Assembly (NCBI GenBank): GCA_963762565.1
Contig: CAVXLD010000012.1
Span: forward strand, 160,001-224,000
Direction of reading: 5' to 3'
DNA length: 64,000 nt
Source of the DNA: an uncultured Verrucomicrobiae bacterium
GTDB taxonomy: Bacteria > Verrucomicrobiota > Verrucomicrobiia > Chthoniobacterales > JAFAMB01
In this document: one piece after another, positions 58,597 to 64,000 of the stretch
How positions within the stretch are numbered: the stretch's first letter is position 1
Layout: every line of letters begins with the position of its first letter
Notes under the pieces: model-generated
The model's database searches: none
Seen by the model: only the letters and a program-made list of their open reading frames with translations
What the model was told of the DNA's origin: nothing
Position numbers and translations under genes: made by a program

Positions 58597-59148
58597 ATGA
58601 ATCTGGTGATAGCGGCCACTGGTGCGAGTGGCATGATCTACTTGCAGCGGCTGCTGGATCAAATCGATTGCCGACAAAACGAGGTCCACCTTGTTCTAAG
58701 CGGCTATGCGAAACAGGTGGTCACCGACGAGATAGGTAAACTGGAGGTGCCGGCTGGTGTACGGGAACATCCTGAACGAAGCATGAATGCGCCGTTTGCC
58801 AGCGGTTCGGCGCTATTTGACGCGATGGTTGTGGTGCCTTGTTCCATGGGCACACTCGGTCGAATCGCTGCGGGCAGCGGTGAGACCTTGATCCTCCGAG
58901 CAGCTGATGTGTTCTTAAAAGAGAGACGAAAACTTATCTTAGTTCCTAGAGAGATGCCTTGGAACCTGATTCATGCCAGAAACTGCTGTACCCTGTTGGA
59001 AGCAGGAGCGGTCCTGCTTCCAGCCTGCCCGGCCTTTTACGGCCGGCCCGAAACCTTAGCGCAGGTCGCGGACACAGTAGTGCATCGGATTATGGACCAA
59101 TTAGGTTTGTCTGTACCGAACACCTATCGTTGGCCCGCGGACCCGTAG
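58597..59148 (+). CDS. ubiX: Flavin prenyltransferase
   Basis: TGASG, ASGS, PCSMGTL, RAADV.LKERRKL.LVPRE.P, PAFY. Confidence 0.92.
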   Translation: MNLVIAATGASGMIYLQRLLDQIDCRQNEVHLVLSGYAKQVVTDEIGKLEVPAGVREHPERSMNAPFASGSALFDAMVVVPCSMGTLGRIAAGSGETLILRAADVFLKERRKLILVPREMPWNLIHARNCCTLLEAGAVLLPACPAFYGRPETLAQVADTVVHRIMDQLGLSVPNTYRWPADP

Positions 59149-59265
59149 GCGCTGCTTTAAGGTTTTGTGGTTACAAGGGCCGCTGAGCATGGCCACCGAT
59201 TAGATTTTCCCGGACCGTTCTTGCTACGGTTGACTGGCTAAAGGTCCTGTAGAACGGTTGGCAAC

Positions 59266-60327
59266 TTGAGCGCGCGCAGTGATTGTTGTGACCCCGTCGA
59301 TTTGCATGTCCATCTCATCGGCAACGGTCTGAGAGGTTCGGGGTGCCGCGTGCAGCACGTCTGGTGGCAAGAACCGTTCGTGCTGACTATGTCTCACAGT
59401 ATCGGGCTAGCCGTGGATCCTCGAAGTCCCGATCTCGATGAGGCTTATGTGCAGCGGCTTCGTGCGTGGCTCGATCAGTCGTCGTTGGCGGCCGTCGTAT
59501 TGCTTGCCTGCGACGAGGTCTACCAAGAGGATGGTACACCGCTCCCAGATCTTTCTCGTATCTATGTGCCGAATCAATACGTCTTCGAGATCGCCCGCCG
59601 GGACGCTAGGTTTCTTCCGGCGATATCAGTGCATCCTGCTCGAAAAGATGCGATCGAAGCTCTGGAGGCCGGAGTAGAGGCGGGTGCAGTTCTCTTGAAA
59701 TTGTTGCCGTGCGTTCAGGTCGTTGATCCCGGGCTGGCACGCTATCGTCCTTTTTGGAAAAGGATGGCAGACCTTCAGTTGCCTTTATTAGCTCATACCG
59801 GCGGCGAATTTTCGTTGCCGACACTTCGTCCGGACCTGTGTGACCCGCTTAGCCTTCGGCCGGTCTTGGAACAAGGGGTTACGGTCATCGCTGCACATTG
59901 CGGAGCGCCGGCTTTGCCGTGGCATCGTGATTTCTCCGGAGATTTTATGGAACTCAGGGATGCGTTTCCAAATTTGTACGGAGATATCTCGGCTCTTTGC
60001 CAACCCGTTCATTTTAAAACCCTTACGAGGGTGCGAGAGGATCCTGAACGAATCCTATACGGGAGCGATTACCCGGTCGTGCCTTCAGTTTTCTGGTCGC
60101 GCGCTTTTGGCTGGATTTCATCGCAAGATGCGCAAAGGATTTGGAAAATCCGCAACCCCCTCGAACGGAAAATCGAGCTTACCCGGGTGCTTGGTTTCCC
60201 TGACACGATCTTTTCTGGGGTGTACGATGTGCTTCGCCAGACACCTGCGCTAGCCAAAGTTCGGGCTGGGGCAGGCACAGCCCGGCCGCAGCGCACATTG
60301 CGCCGCAGCCCTGGCTCTGGTGTTTAA
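59266..60327 (+). CDS. Amidohydrolase family 2 protein
   Basis: DLHVH, SVHP, LKLLP, HTGGE, AAHCG, YGDISA, YGSDYP. Confidence 0.85.
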   Translation: MSARSDCCDPVDLHVHLIGNGLRGSGCRVQHVWWQEPFVLTMSHSIGLAVDPRSPDLDEAYVQRLRAWLDQSSLAAVVLLACDEVYQEDGTPLPDLSRIYVPNQYVFEIARRDARFLPAISVHPARKDAIEALEAGVEAGAVLLKLLPCVQVVDPGLARYRPFWKRMADLQLPLLAHTGGEFSLPTLRPDLCDPLSLRPVLEQGVTVIAAHCGAPALPWHRDFSGDFMELRDAFPNLYGDISALCQPVHFKTLTRVREDPERILYGSDYPVVPSVFWSRAFGWISSQDAQRIWKIRNPLERKIELTRVLGFPDTIFSGVYDVLRQTPALAKVRAGAGTARPQRTLRRSPGSGV

Positions 60328-60857
60328 CGGATCCAGTTCAGGAGCGAAATCGCGGTGCCTCGAAATAATCTAAAATTCCGTTTGCGTCGCCGGTTAAGGC
60401 TGCTAATTTCGTCGCCCGCCCGGGATTGTAGGAGAAGGAAAAGGGAGGCTTACCGGCCTTGAAATTGCCCGGGGATTTGCTTAAGCGAATTGGCTTAGAA
60501 TTGGTTCTTAGGGTTGATGTACTTGGGGTTCATGGATGGTGTAGGATGGTTGATGTAGGATGGTGTAAGAACCTGGCTGGTTCGAGAGCATTGCATGAGT
60601 GTTTGCTCTTAGCCTGTCGGACGGGCCCGGAAAAAGAAAACGGCGTAAAAGTTACTGAAATTAACTTGACCGTTTGGAAAGAAAGATTAAGGTGAATTTC
60701 TCCGGCGAAACGGGGGACGCACAAAAGGGTGCGGTTGTTCTTCCAGTTTAAGGGACTTCAAATTGACTCAATTTTGTCCCGGTTGAATAGAAGCAAGACT
60801 GCCTGTTTGGCCGGACACAGATTGAGTTTTTTTGTCGTCATAAACCGAGACGACAAT

Positions 60858-60867
60858 GGTTCTTTGA
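60858..60867 (+). promoter_or_regulatory. boxA-like antitermination site in the rrn leader
   Basis: GGTTCTTTGA, repeated exactly at 63326-63335 in the spacer before 23S. Confidence 0.55.
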
Positions 60868-61092
60868 TAGTTTGGTTCTGAGTTTATCAGGGTTGATAAA
60901 CACTCAGAATGGTGATGTCAGCGAAGACTGTGTTGTGCGTTAAAACGTCAACATTTTAGTTTTAATAGTTTTCATTGACCGACAACACTTACGCTCTCCG
61001 GAGAAATTCGGATGAGTGCGAAGAACGAATTGGTCAGAATCTTTTATGTTCGGCAAAGCCGCCGAACACCTAGCTCACGTTAGGAGATACTT

Positions 61093-62621
<1,529 letters not shown>

Positions 62622-62895
62622 TACCTTCCTCGGATTTTTCGAGGATGGAGGTCGACAGCTAAATCGATTGCTGGGGTAACCGATGTTTGGTAACCGGCGG
62701 TCGACATGCTGTAAGCCCTGCAGAGCGAAAGCGAACGCAGGCCTAAGATGTTGAAACGACTAACGCACAACTCAGTTTTTGCTGATAATTACGAAGCCCT
62801 TGGCAACGCCGAGAACGCCGGGATTGCCGACAACGCCGTGAACCGTGTATCTGTTGTCGGCGTTGTCGCTCGATAACGGCGTTAAGAAGTTCCAA

Positions 62896-62968
62896 GGGGG
62901 TATAGCTCAGCTGGTAGAGCGGTAGCTTTGCAAGCTATAGGTCAGGGGTTCGAGTCCCCTTACCTCCA
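62896..62968 (+). tRNA. tRNA-Ala(TGC)
   Basis: Acceptor GGGGGTA/TACCTCC with G3.U70, anticodon loop TTTGCAA, TTCGA T-loop; CCA not encoded. Confidence 0.96.
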
Positions 62969-63074
62969 ATAACAAACGCCGCGAGCGCTCCGGCAACCGC
63001 CGGACCAGCAAGGCCGTGAACGGAGATGCCGTTGCCGGCGATGACGCTCGATACCGGCGTTAAACGTTTTTTTC

Positions 63075-63148
63075 GGGCCTGTAGCTCAGTTGGTTAGAGC
63101 ATGCGCTTGATAAGCGCAGGGTCACTGGTTCGAGCCCAGTCAGGCCCA
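63075..63148 (+). tRNA. tRNA-Ile(GAT)
   Basis: Acceptor GGGCCTG/CAGGCCC, anticodon loop TTGATAA; CCA not encoded. Confidence 0.96.
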
Positions 63149-63484
63149 TATTTGAGCCTGGCTATAGTGGTCGGATGACACTTCGTAATTTTAGCAAGAA
63201 CACACCATTTTTAGTGTTTGGCAGTTCATGGTGGCGAAAGCTGCTGTGACATTGAGCCTGAGAACTCAAGCCAGACCATCTCCGCCTTCAGACATGAAGG
63301 TCCCGCGGAAGCGGGAGTGAGGGAGGGTTCTTTGACATCTGCATATAGGGTAGAGAATACAACTTTAGTAAGAAACGGAGATGATATGCTTCGTTTCAGA
63401 TATGGCGCTGAGTCTGAAGTGCGGAAATGAAGGGCAACCTTTGTTTCCTGAGAACTTCAGTTATCACACAAATACAGATCGAAA

Positions 63485-64000
<516 letters not shown>

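Overview
A 64-kb chromosomal window from a Verrucomicrobiota bacterium, probably Spartobacteria/Chthoniobacterales. The 16S gene carries the ACACCTACGGGTGGCAGC Verrucomicrobia variant. Housekeeping or ordinary genes include an acetoacetate-CoA ligase, an M24 peptidase, miaB, sppA, nagB, thiM, gloA-like, xylB, ubiX and the start of an rRNA operon (16S-Ala-Ile-23S). Highlights: (1) an apparently complete cobalt-type thiocyanate hydrolase cluster (scnB-scnA-scnC, P15K-like activator, NiCoT permease) directly behind an erythritol/threitol-dehydrogenase-like gene. (2) An APH/MtnK-like kinase coupled to an enolase paralogue with a remodelled substrate pocket, divergent from a polyol operon, which is a candidate new catabolic route. 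(3) A polyol ABC system split into two distant halves, each preceded by a copy of the same ~125-bp promoter/operator. (4) Tandem S53 sedolisins, the first with catalytic Ser->Glu and Glu->Thr replacements. (5) An ECF43-like sigma/Ser-Thr kinase pair and an ECF42/DGPF pair with its predicted promoter. (6) A decayed group II intron RT fused to a GNAT fragment. (7) Several families of small palindromic intergenic repeats that insert into one another. All family assignments come from motif recognition by eye; no searches were run.
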